The position numbers were made by a program, and so were the translations under genes. Under the pieces are notes generated by a model. The model searched no databases. It saw only the letters and a program-made list of their open reading frames with translations, and was not told the DNA's origin. DNA of 49,204 nt from Paraspadella gotoi (lineage: Eukaryota; Animalia; Chaetognatha), in assembly GCA_051294375.1 (NCBI GenBank), contig CM119268.1:1412082-1461285 (forward strand), written 5' to 3'. Each line of letters opens with the position of its first letter. Positions within the stretch are counted from its first letter, which is position 1. This document shows, one piece after another, positions 37,923 through 49,204 of this stretch.

Positions 37923-38737
37923 TGCGGCTTAGAAAAAATAAGAAGTAAGAATTGGATGGACACAAAACAAAGAGCAATTAAGTTTAACCCGAAGGAATGG
38001 AGAATGGAGAAGAATGAAAGAGGAAGAACTTGGAGGAGAATGGAGGAGATGAAAAACATACGAGAAGAATGAAAGAGAAAGGAATAAAAGGAAAATGGAG
38101 GAGAATGAAAAAAAGAAAGAGGAGAATGAAAGAGAAAGAATAAAGGAGAATGGAGGAAAATAAAAAAAAGAGAAGAATGAAAGATTAAGATGAAGGAAGA
38201 ATGGAGGAGAAATGAAAAAAGACGAGGAGAATGAAAGAGGAAGAATAAGGAGAATGGAGGAGAATGAAAAAAGAAAGAGGAGAATGAAAGAGGAAGAATA
38301 AAGGAGAATGGAGAGAATGAAAGAAATAAAAGAAGAACCGAAACTTAAATTTCGAACAAGAGTAAAAAAAAAATTATATACAACGAAAAAAATAGGGAGA
38401 GAAGAAAATTCTTTCTTGCTCCGTAATTCTTTTGGGGGGGGTTGCGACCAAAGCGGCGTTGCAATGAGGAGGTTGAAAGATGGGTCACTGGGTGGGGGGG
38501 GGTTAACAAACAAACTCTGTCTCTTTCTCTCTCTTTGCGGCGTGCGACAGATTTAGCTTTGAAGTCGAAAAGGCGGGGGCGTCCTTTGATTTAAAACGCC
38601 CCTGCTGAATTTGATTTTGTCATCTCGTTCGCCGAGACCAGAGCAGGATGGGGAGGCGGGGGTGGCGGGGGTTGGAGCGGTAAGGGGTGGCGAAAGGATA
38701 GGAGTGGGTGAGGCGGGAGTGGCCGGGGTGGAACGGT

Positions 38738-38770
<33 letters not shown>

Positions 38771-39585
38771 TGAAGGCTTAGAAAAAATAAGAAGTAAAGA
38801 ATTGATGGACACAAAACAAAGAGCATTTAAGTTAACCCGAGGAATGGAGAATGGAGAAGAATGAAAGAGGAAGAATGGAGGAGAATGGAGGAGAATGAAA
38901 AAAATACGAGGAGAATGAAAGAGAAAGAATAAAGGAAAATGGAGGAGAATGAAAAAAAGAAGAGGAGAATGAAAGAGAAAGAATAAAGGAGAATGGAGGA
39001 AAATAAAAAAAAGAGAAGAATGAAAGATTAAGAATGAAGGAGAATGGAGGAGAATGAAAAAAAGAAGAGGAGAATGAAAGAGGAAGAATAAAGGAGAATG
39101 GAGGAGAATGAAAAAAAGAAGAGGAGAATGAAAGAGGAAGAATAAAGGAGAATGGAGGAGAATGAAAGAAATAAAAGAAGAACCGAAAACTTAAATTCGA
39201 CACAAGAGTAAAAAAAAATTATAACAAACGAAAAAAAAAATAGGGAGAGCCACTCCCGCCTCCCCACTCCTGATCCTTTCGCCACCCCTTACCGCTCCAC
39301 CCCCGCCACCCCCGCCTCCCCCACTCCTGCTCTGGTCTCGGCGAACGAGATGGGACCATTCAAATTCAGCAGGGCGTTTAATCAAAGGACGCCCCCGCCT
39401 TTTCGACTTCAAAGCTAAATCTGTCGCACGCCGCAAGAGAGAGAAAGAGACAGAGTTTGTTTGTTAACCCCCCCCCACACCAGTGACCCATCTCATACCT
39501 CCTCATGCAACGCCCTTGGTTCGCAACCCCCCCCCCCAAAAGGAATTACGAGCAAGAAAGAATTTTCTCTCTCCCTATTTTTTTT
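37830..39585. repeat. Local direct plus inverted duplication containing a 54-bp purine minisatellite
   Basis: ~37880-38400 matches 38740-39250 (direct) and 38385-38725 matches rc 39250-39585. Unit: gaatggaggagaatgaaaaaaagaagaggagaatgaaagaggaagaataaagga. Confidence 0.88.
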
Positions 39586-39754
39586 NNNNNNNNNNNNNNN
39601 NNNNNNNNNNGGGTGGAGCGGTAAGGGGTGGCGAAATGAGCAGGAGTGAAAAAGAGTAGAGTTGATGTGGAGTCAAAGCAAATGTGATGGGAGTTCAAAA
39701 AAATTATGTCACTGTGAAAACAAGGGAAGGACGAACCTAAGCAGTCGCATTCAC

Positions 39755-40204
39755 CAAAGAGAAATAAATTAAGACCCAAAATATAAAGCAAGATGAATAA
39801 AGCAGCGAATATTTTTTAAAACAAGAAACGGTTAATCCAAGGTGTTGCCTTGCATTACTCTTATTTTTACTTTCTTATCCCTTGGATTTTTTTAAAAACA
39901 AAAGGCGGCGCAAGCAGTCAACAAATGAACAACGAACTATAGGCAAGTTATAAGCGTTTTCAACGTAAGTGAAACGGACCGACGGACAGACATACCGACC
40001 GACAGACCGACCGAAAAGTAACTTATATAGTTGTTCCGCGAGTACTCGCGGCGCAACTAAAAAAAGCAAATCTTACAGGGGTAGTGACTCGTGGAGCCAG
40101 AATTTTTTTTTATCAAAGATTCGCATTCGAAAAATTATCCTCCTCTGGTTCAAAAACGTTTATGAGGCTTTTAAATCAAACGCAGGAAAAAGAAAGGGGA
40201 GACT

Positions 40205-40259
<55 letters not shown>

Positions 40260-40335
40260 ATAAAAACTGAAAGGTGGCTTATTGCGTTGTCGAATGTTGC
40301 TTTTACGGACTTAGGAATAATAAAACGTGTATGCA

Positions 40336-40368
<33 letters not shown>

Positions 40369-40990
40369 GGCTGACTTTCAAGATGGTTTCAAATGTTTTT
40401 TTTTTAAATTCATGGTGACGATCAATAACAGTCCATAATTAAGTTCATAAATTCATAAAAGAAAGTCTATTGAAATATAAACATTATATTAAACATTATA
40501 TTAAACAAGCGGTCCTAAAACCGTACGACGTCGGAGGCAACTTCCCCTGNNNNNNNNNNNNNNNNNNNNNNNNNATCCCAAAGAGAAATAAATTAAGACC
40601 CAAAATATAAAGCAAGATGAATAAAAGCAGACGAATATTTTTTAAAACAAGAAACGGTTAATCCAAAGGTGTTGCCTTGCATTACTTCTTATTTTTACTT
40701 TCTTATCCTTGGATTTTTTAAAAACAAAGGCGGCGCAAAGCAGTCAACAAATGAACAACGAACTATAGGCAAGTTATAAGCGTTTTCAACGTAAGTGAAA
40801 CGGACCGACGGACAGACATACCGACCGACAGACCGACCGAAAAGTAAACTTATATAGTTGTTCCGCGAGTACTCGCGAGCAGTCAGCATTTTTTGTCAAA
40901 GAATTCGCATTCGAAAAATTAATCCTCCTCTGGTTCAAAAACGTTTATGAGGCTTTTAAATCAAAACGCAGGAAAAAGAAAGGGGAGACT

Positions 40991-41069
<79 letters not shown>

Positions 41070-41147
41070 ATAAAAAAACTGAAAGGTGGCTTATTGCGTT
41101 GTCGAATGTTGCTTTTTCGGACTTAGGAATAATAAAACGTGTATGCA

Positions 41148-41178
<31 letters not shown>

Positions 41179-41365
41179 AGCTGGCTGACTTTCAAGATGG
41201 TTTCAAATGTTTTTTTTTTTAAAATTCATTGTGACGATCAAATAACAGTCCATAATTAAGTTCATAAATTCATAAAAAGAAAGTCTATTGAAATATAAAC
41301 ATTATATTAAACATTATATTACAAACGGTCCTAAAACCGTACGACGTCGGAGGCAACTTCCCCTG
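39755..41365 (+). repeat. Noisy tandem duplication 39755-40549 / 40575-41365 across a 25-N gap
   Basis: Same HINE, (GA)n and (TGCT)n order in both copies, with indel differences. Confidence 0.9.
39819..40067 (-). mobile_element. HINE/DINE-like short element of a second family; duplicate at ~40645-40878
   Basis: Minus strand reads ttttttt-agttgcgccgcgagtactcgcggaacaact (hairpin), tataag, (GGTC/GTCT)n, and ends in cttgttt. Confidence 0.55.
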
Positions 41366-41386
41366 ACTCGTAAACGATTCCTTACA

Positions 41387-41463
41387 TAATAAAAATAATC
41401 GGGATATTCATTCCCGGTTTCACGTTTCTCTTCGTCTTCATATCGTCGTCGCTTTCTCTCTCT
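41387..41463 (-). CDS. Possible small exon (ERKRRRYEDEEKRETGNEYPDYFYY)
   Basis: Pyrimidine tract and AG upstream, GTAAGG donor downstream, open frame. Not recognised. Confidence 0.22.
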
Positions 41464-42388
41464 CGAGAAACGGGGCAAAAGTAAGACGCAAGATATCGAA
41501 TCCACGGCCGGCGGACGTGGAGTCACTTTTCTTTTCCTCTCGGCCAGGCCCATCACGGCCGCCCGTCATCACAATTTATTTTTCCTCGAAGAAAAAAAAA
41601 AGGAAGAATACATCGATGATATTTTGTTTTTATAATTTTCGTTATTTTTTTTCATTTTTTATGTTTGTATTGGCGTTCGCGGTGGCCAGCGCGGGCGTCA
41701 CCGTTGGGGGATCACTGCTCGTCGTTCGACGGCAGAGAATTTCGACATCCGAGTCCCGAGTTTCCCGAAAAAGAAATATAAAGCGAATATCTGGCTTCAT
41801 TTCGATCTTTGAAATTTATCAAATGTCAGAGACAGTTGCCTCAGTAGATGCGACGTCGAACGTTTTCACCTTGCTTTTTAAAGTGTTTTTTTTTTAAATT
41901 GTTTTTATGCCTCGTCGCCTTTTGTCTCAATATCAATATACATTTTAAAACGTCTTTGGATTCTCCGTCATTTCCGAAAAGTCAGCTAAAATAGACAATT
42001 GTGAAATTAAACCGGGGCAGCTCAAACAATGTTTATTCTTGTTTTTGTTTTTATTTTCGAATTCCTTCGAGCCAATGCAGAGGTGGCGCTCGTGAGACAA
42101 TTTATTGTTCGCACGAGGCTAATTTTGTGTTGTGGTTTTTCTTTCGCCAGAGGAAAGACATTTTAATAATCCAGTAGTACGAACTCAGCAATTTTGATTA
42201 CAGTTTCCCAGCTAACCAAAAAGCATTGAAATAAAAGTGTAGACGATGGCAACGCCTTAAGTAGTATCTGAATTTTTGATACGAAGAAATGAATGTAAAG
42301 AAAGTCAAATTATACCTAAAGTTTCGTATTTCATTTATTTTTTTTGTTGTTGTTGTTGTCGTTGTTTTTATGCCATTTTTCACTTAAC

Positions 42389-42498
42389 CTTTGGTGCCTG
42401 TCCTTCTCGACAAGATGATGCCACCTTTCCTGCATGATCTCAAGGTGATGTCCCCAAACCGTCTTCAGCCTTCCTGCGCATCGGCGCACATCTCTCAG
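42389..42498 (-). CDS. Possible exon (LRDVRRCAGRLKTVWGHHLEIMQERWHHLVEKDRHQR)
   Basis: 110-nt GC-richer island with one open frame, upstream ctaac plus AG (weak GAG acceptor) and a GTTAAG donor. Confidence 0.38.
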
Positions 42499-42600
42499 CT
42501 CAGCAAATGTTAGGAAAAATAATTGTTTTTCTTTTTTTAGTTTTGCATCATCCAGTATCTTTTTATCAACTTTTTAATGAACTTAACCGTAAGCAATTAC

Positions 42601-42726
42601 TTCTCTATAAGTATACGTGAACTCTGATCTATTCGACAGCGGTAGATCTCGACCCACCGGAGACTGCGGCAGTGAATTCGTATCCCATTGCTGAGCGCGC
42701 TTCATACGTATCTTCTCGAAGTTGTG
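42601..42726 (-). CDS. Possible exon (HNFEKIRMKRAQQWDTNSLPQSPVGRDLPLSNRSEFTYTYRE)
   Basis: Open frame ending at a phase-0 GTAATT donor, in phase with the 42498 exon across a 102-nt intron. An in-frame TGA just upstream may be a sequence error. Confidence 0.35.
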
Positions 42727-43844
42727 TCATACACTCTGAACTGTATTTATAATAAGAAAAAAAATGGTTATATTAAAACCTCTGAAAAAGATCTTAAAAT
42801 ATAATAAACAGAAATAAAACAAAAATATATGTATCCCACAAAGTACACATCTCTCAACAACATCCGTGAATCCTAAATTATTTAAAAAAGAAAAGAAAAT
42901 GACGAAAAATGGCAATCGGTTGTCAAGAGCCTTATCAGTTCGGATATACGGCTGAGGACAGAAGTCATGAGGGGGAAATGGCGGGTGGGGGGCGTGGGGG
43001 GGGTGAGAAATGATCCGGGCGAAGTGGGGGAGAGGATGGAGGGGAACGAGGGTTAGTACTGCAGGATGCAGGGATACAGGGAACCAGGGATACACGGAAT
43101 GGTACAGGGATGCAGGGATGCAGGGAAAGGCATAAAAAGATGAGACGGTTAATGGGGCGGAAGGGGGGTGGAAGGGGATGAAGGAGGTGGAAAGTGGGAT
43201 GAGGAGGGCGGAATGGGGGCGAAAGGGGATGAAGGGAGGTGGAAGGAATAGAGGGGGTGCAAAGGGGAATGGAGGGGCGGAAAGAGTTAAAGTCCAAGAG
43301 AAAACAGAGAAGAATAAGAAAATGGTTTCTCTCAGAGACGAGACGCGTGAGATGGGAAAAAAAAGCAGCGGACGACGGGCGAAAATTGTGGAAAGCTTGT
43401 GGAAAGCTTGTGGTAAGGTGGTGAAAAAGTTGAGGGAAAAGTTGAAGAAATGTTTGTGCAATAGTAGTGGAAAAGTTGGAATGGAAATTGGAAAAGAAGA
43501 AGTTGAAAATGAAGAGGATGAGACGCGGAGAATGACTCAAAACTTAAAATGGCGACAGAGGAGTGAAGAGAGGAGAAAAGAAGAGAGAGAGAGAGAAGAG
43601 ACGATGAGAGGAGAGGAGAGAGAGAGGAGAGAAAAAAAAACATATAAAATATAGTCGAACGGGTAAAAGGACAACGATGTCTCTCTTTCTCTCATCTCTC
43701 TCTCTCTCATCTCTCTCTCTCCCACACACACACACACATACACTTCTCGTTAGAACACGGGGCAAAGACGGAAGATGGATAAAAAGAGAAAAAGGAAATA
43801 AAGAAATTAGAGGGAAAAAAGGAGGAAAGGAAAACGAAGAGGAA

Positions 43845-44000
43845 AGGGATTAAAAGGAGGAAAGAAAAGCGAAGAGAAAACGGATTAAAAGGAGGAAAGA
43901 AAAGCGAAGAGGAAACGTATTAAAAGGAGGAAAGGAAAGTAAAGAGGATATGGATTAAACGGAGGAAAAGAAAGCGAATAGGAAACGTATTAAAAGAAGG
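43845..44000 (+). repeat. ~35-bp minisatellite (attaaaaggaggaaagaaaagcgaagaggaaacgt)
   Basis: 4-5 units. Confidence 0.8.
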
Positions 44001-44344
44001 CAAAAGAAAAGACCGAGCGGTTTTCCGAAGCGAAGAAGATAAACGATCGCAATCACCGGGTGGCAATGACATTCGTTGCCACTCCACCGTGCCACTCCGC
44101 CACCTGCGACGCGCGGCGCCACTCTCCGGCGCCTCTTGTCGGTGCCACTCTCCTAATTTTAACCCATGTAACCACGCCACAATTGTACCACAAGGATGTG
44201 GATAAGGCGAAAAGTGGGCTGAGAGAGCAGCCATGGAACGGGTCCTGGGCTTGGAACCAGGCTTTAGTCCTATATTAATTTGTTTATTTACCCACCGGGA
44301 AAACCTCGAGGGGGTGANNNNNNNNNNNNNNNNNNNNNNNNNGA

Positions 44345-44980
44345 GGGTTTTCCACGCACCAAAAGGCTGGTTTAACGGCTGTCTCTCAACACTTCCCGGC
44401 AGGGTTAGTCACCGGTAGGCATTGAACCCGCGTACTAGCTGGTCATGCAGCTGTGGCTTTAACTCAATGAGCGCACAGGGGTCCTCAACGACTGTTAAGG
44501 TTCAGGTTTATAGTTCCGGGTGAACTTAGGCAATGCCCGACTACACATGCCCCCGAAACCTCCCTCAATGTAACCCACCCTGCAGTTGAAGGGAAGGGAG
44601 CAATCTTCCAGCTAGTCGGCCCCGGAAAGGGATGTGTGGAATAACGCTCGACAGGAGGGCGCTGCACCGTGTGCGATTAAGGCTGAAGAAGATGCTGAAG
44701 TAAAGAGGGCTGAAGTATTTTCCATAAACTCTCTATCCCCCCTCAGCAGCCTTAGGAAACGGGGCTTGAATCAGGCTTGACGGTTTTTCCACGCCTGAAA
44801 GTCGCGTTTAGGGCCTTCCTCACGCTGCCCGCGGGGGGTGGGTGGACGATTGAAACCCGATACCTAGTGGTCATGAAGCTGATGCTTTACTTTAATGAAG
44901 CCACCGGTTCACAAACGGAAGGTCGTCATGTTATTAGGCGGGGTGAACTTAGGCATGAACCAACTACAAGTTGTCACCCT
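44345..44980 (-). mobile_element. Two noisy tandem copies (offset ~435) of a unit with a tRNA-like SINE head (~44410-44476 and ~44840-44907)
   Basis: Minus strand has A-box-like GCTCATTGAGTTAAAGC / GGTGGCTTCATTAAAGTAAAGC and B-box-like GGGTTCAATGCC / GGGTTTCAATCG at tRNA-like spacing. Confidence 0.4.
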
Positions 44981-45072
44981 CTGTGACAATCTTGCCATCT
45001 GTGATATTCCCATCCAGTTATCCTCTCACTCCCTCCGCCGTCTTCGAACCTCAACCTGCCAACCTTCTTCCT

Positions 45073-45110
<38 letters not shown>

Positions 45111-45391
45111 GTCTCTCTCTCTCTCTTCTCTCTTCTCTTTTATCTCTCTCTTCTGCTCCACCCGCCACGAAACGTGTCAAACCGGATGTAATTTTTTTTG
45201 CGAAAAGAGGCCCGAGGGCCAGCGGCAGGCAGCCAGCGGGCAGCAGCGGCGGCGCAGCGGCGGCAGCGCGGCAGCGGCGGCAGCGGCGCAGCGGCGGCAC
45301 AGCGGTGCAGTCTTTTGACGACGTGACTAATCACGTGAAAAAGTGGCATAAACCCGACGAGTGAAGCCCTGATCACGCGCTAAAACCTCGG

Positions 45392-46170
45392 GGTGAAAAA
45401 AAGAGCATCCAAGATCGGAGGGTGCCTCAGTAGGATGACGTCGAGAGATGATGACTTCACTCCGTTGACGTGAATGCTGTCTTCAATAAAGCGTAAAGCA
45501 AACATATTATAAAATAAGTTAGAATTAAAATTCGAAATAGATCAATTGAAACAAATCATGAAAAAATCTTATTTTTTTATTTGTCAATTTTCGCATTAAG
45601 CCCATTAGAAAATGTCAAAATTCTAAAAAAAGTTTTTTTTCCTTTTTTTTAAGCAGATACGAATTCCTCATGAAAAGAAAAATAACACTTTTTAGAAAAT
45701 TATTTCATTAAGTTGGTCAAAATCTTAAAAAATTGTTATAATTAATTTTTTAGTTAACTTAATGAAAAAAAATTTGATTAAGACTTATATATTTCTTTTA
45801 TCAACTTTTTTGAGGAATTCTAATCTGCTTTCAAAACTAAGAAAAAGATATTTTTAAAATTTTGACATTTTCTATGTAAATATGGGCTAATCAAAAATAA
45901 GAAAATTTAAAAACAATTTTTTTATAATGTTATTTAGTACAAGATTGTTCATGATCAAGTATTTCGGAATTTTCACTACGCCTTAGTGTTGGATCACTCC
46001 TCTCACTCTCATTCACTCCATCTCCCAATTTTTCGCCATTTTACAGTTTCGCTCACTTTGTGTGAATCCAACTCCTTTCATCACAATCTATTTCCTCGCG
46101 TCTGGTTTAGCGCCAGAAGTCGCTGCTATCATTTTGGGAGACGAAATAGAGAAGAAAGGAAGAACTTTCT
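45392..46170 (+). repeat. Direct duplicate of 48264-49204, including the right part of the long-TIR MITE (45520-45983)
   Basis: ggtgaaaaaaagagcatccaagatc... through tttcactacgccttag...gggagacgaaatagag occurs in both. Confidence 0.9.
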
Positions 46171-47345
46171 TTTCTTTTTTAGAAATAAGAAGAAAGAAGA
46201 ACTTCTTTTTTTTTTAAGGAATAGGAGAAGAAAAGGGAAGATCTTTCTTTTCTTTTTTTAAGAATAGAGAGGAAAGGGAAGAACTTTTCTTTTCTTTTTT
46301 AGAAATAAGAGAAGAAGGAAGAACTTTCTTTTCTTTTTTTAGAAATAGAGAAGAAAGGGAAGAAACTTTCTTTTCTTTTTTTAGAAATAGAGAAGAAAGG
46401 GAAGAACTTTCTTTTCTTTTTTAGAAATAGATCAGAAAGGGAAGAATTTTCTTTTCTTTTTAGAAATAGAGAAGAAAGGGAGATCTTTTCTTTTCTTTTT
46501 TTTAGAAATAGATGAGGAAAGGAGATCTTTCTTTCTTTTAATTATGAAATAGAGAAAAAGGGAGAGATCTTCTTTCTTTTTTATGAAATAGAGAAGAAAG
46601 GGGAGATACTTTCTTTTCTTTTTATTTAGAATACGAGAAGAAAAGGGGAGATTCTTTTCTTTTCTTTTTAGAATAGAGAAGAAGGGAAGAATTTCTATTT
46701 CTCTTTTTTGAGAAGATAGAGAGAAAGGGAGTAGAACTTTCTTTTCTTTTTATTTAGAATAGAGAAGAGAGGGGAATCTTTTTTTTCTTTTTTATGAAAT
46801 AGAGAGAGAGAGGGGAGATCTTTCTTTTCTTTTTAAAAATAAGAAGAAAGAGAGATTCTTTCTTAGAATAGAGAGGAAGGGGATAAAAAATAGATCTTTC
46901 TTTCTTTGTATTTAGAAATAAGAGAAAAAGGGAGATTTTCTTTTTCTTTTTTAAGAAATAGAGAAGAAGAGGAGAACTATCTTTTCTTTATTATGAAATA
47001 GAGAATAAAGGGGAGATCTTTATTTTTTTTAGAAATAGAGAGAAAGGGATCTTGTTAACTTTCTTTCTTTTTTAGATAATTTGAGAAGGACTTTCTTGCT
47101 TTCTTTTTTAGATGAGATAACATTTTTGTTGTGAGTCTTTTTCTTATAAATTTTCTAAGGGACTTTTTTCTCATTTTTTGATGAAAAGAGGACTTTCTTT
47201 TTTTTTTATTTAAATCGAGACTTTAGGAGTCTTTCTTTTCTTTTCTTAGATTCTATATGGAAGGGAGATTGTTCTTTTAGAAAAATAAAGGGACTTTTTT
47301 AGAAATGGAAAGGATCTTTTTTAAAAATAAGAAGCTAAGAATCTT
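46143..47345 (+). repeat. 40-bp minisatellite (agaaatagagaagaaagggaagaactttcttttctttttt), degrading rightwards
   Basis: Units at 46383 and 46423 and onwards. Each has a purine half followed by a pyrimidine half. Confidence 0.9.
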
Positions 47346-47795
47346 CTCTTAGTGCGAGCGGTCTTTGTTCTTTTAGATAGAATGTTAAAAATATGGGTTT
47401 TTTTTTGTTTTTTGTTTTCGTTTTTTATTATCTATTTTTTATCTATATCGTACTGTCTTTGTTCTGCTGCTATTTTTTTTTTGTTCTCATTGTTTCGCCA
47501 AGTATTTTGTTCTTTAATCTTTCCTTTTTTCCTTTTTTTATTGTTCTTCACCACCCATCTTATTCGTTCTTATTTCTTCTTTTCTTTTTTTCTTTCTTTG
47601 TTCTTGTCTTTTTGATTTCTTTTTTGTTCTTTCTTTCTTTTTTTATTTGTTCTTTCCCACCGTCTCTATTCGTTTTTTTATAATGTCGCGTTATTTAATT
47701 TCGCTCTTTAAAAGTCGTTTTTTCTCACTACGACAGAGACTTGTTTCGAAGTACAATTTTTTGTCTGTAGCTCTTCTCTCTCTCTCTCTCTCTCT

Positions 47796-47853
<58 letters not shown>

Positions 47854-48121
47854 CCTCTCTCTCCCTCTCTCTCTCCCTCCTCTGTGTCTGTTTTCTCATT
47901 ATCTTCTCGCTATCAATTCTCCCTCCCGACTCGTGGTTTTGATTTAATTACGTCTTTTCTTTTCTTCTTAATTCTTAAAACAAAACGGCCCATTTTGCTT
48001 TAGTTTTTTTTTTCTTTGTTCTATTGGTCTCCATTTCCATAGAGAAATTAATGTCTCTCTCTGCCCTTATCTTTCAAGGTTTGACTAACGAAGTGTACGA
48101 CTGTACGACTGTAGTCTCTAG

Positions 48122-49007
48122 AGGCGTTGTGAAAGTTACATACGATATTCTAAATGTCGCTTATGAACAACATACCATCAGTGAACATTAATTTGTAACA
48201 AATTTATTTTATGTTCTTCATTTTTCGCTGTAGGCTATATTTATATATAGTACTATCCTTATAGGTGAAAAAAAAGAGCATCCAAGATCGAGGGTGCCTC
48301 AGTAGGATGACGTCGAGAGATGATGACTTCACTCGTTGACGTGAATGCGTCTTCAATAAAGCGTAAAGCAAACATATTAAAATCAAGTAGAATTAAAATT
48401 CGAATAGTAGATCATGAACAAATCATGTAAAAATCTTATTTTTTATTTGTCAATTTTCGCATTAGCCCATTAGAAAATGTCAAAATTCTAAAAAGTTTTT
48501 TTTTCCTTTTTTTTAAGCAGATACGAATTCCTCATGAAAAGAAAAATAACACTTTTTAGAAAATTATTTCATTAAGTGGGTCAAAATCTTAAAAAATTGT
48601 TATAATTAATTTTTAGTTATATAATGAAAAAAAATTTGATTAAGACTTATATATTCTTTTATCAACTTTTTATGANNNNNNNNNNNNNNNNNNNNNNNNN
48701 NNNNNNNNNNNNNNNNNNNNNNNNNNNNNNNNNNNNNNNNNNNNNNNNNNNNNNNNNNNNNNNNNNNNNNNNNNNNNNNNNNNNNNNNNNNNNNNNNNNN
48801 NNNNNNNNNNNNNNNNNNNNNNNNNNNNNNNNNNNNNNNNNNNNNNNNNNNNNNNNNNNNNNNNNNNNNNNNNTTTAAAATTTTGACATTTTCTATGTAT
48901 AAATATGGGCTAATTCAAAAATAATAAAATTTAAGAACAATTTTATTTATAAATGTTATTTAGTACAAGATTGTTCATGATCAAGTATTCGAATTTTCAC
49001 TACGCCT
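48122..49007. mobile_element. Long-TIR MITE family copy (aggcgttgtgaaa...tttcactacgcct)
   Basis: 48122-48245 matches 32505-32640. Ends match 12/13 as inverted repeats, with tag on both sides (possible 3-bp TSD). Confidence 0.6.
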
Positions 49008-49204
49008 TAGTGTTCGATCACTCCTCTCACTCTCAATTCACTCCATCTCCCCATTTTTCGCCATTTTACAGTTTCGCTCACTTTGTGTGAATCCAACTCC
49101 TTTCATCACAATCTCTTTCCTCGCGTCTGGTTTAGCGCCAGAGTCGGTCCTATCATTTTGGGAGACGAAATAGAGAAGAAAGGGAAGAACTTTCTTTTCT
49201 TTTT

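Noticed and set aside
38832-39203. 18-aa repeat protein (FFHSPPFSFILPLSFSSS)
   Set aside because: It is a by-product of the 54-bp minisatellite.
42849-42862. atctctcaacaaca resembling the SMRTbell adapter start
   Set aside because: It is a short partial match with no fold-back around it.

Overview
Eukaryotic, probably animal, repeat-rich and mostly non-coding DNA from a rough draft assembly. No intact protein-coding gene, rRNA or CRISPR array is supportable, and almost all listed ORFs are translations of microsatellites. Thirteen gaps are exactly 25 N, and much of the window is duplicated, either as indel-noisy inverted or direct copies or as near base-identical copies next to gaps. This points to long-read gap-fill or amplification artefacts. 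Real features still visible: (1) a type-P5 twister-like self-cleaving ribozyme (minus strand, 32779-32852) inside a highly structured ~190-bp insert within a MITE, the best candidate for a new system; (2) two copies of a ~620-bp hAT-like element with 8-bp TSDs, present in only one arm of a 6.5-kb inverted duplication; (3) a 3' half of tRNA-Leu ending in CCA and truncated at position 37/38; (4) an internally deleted Tc1 transposase and a TA-flanked Tc1-like MITE splitting a decayed ORF; (5) DINE-1/HINE-like elements, tRNA-like SINE heads, many mini- and microsatellites (one with CTCF-like motifs), and a few possible exons near 41.4-42.7 kb.
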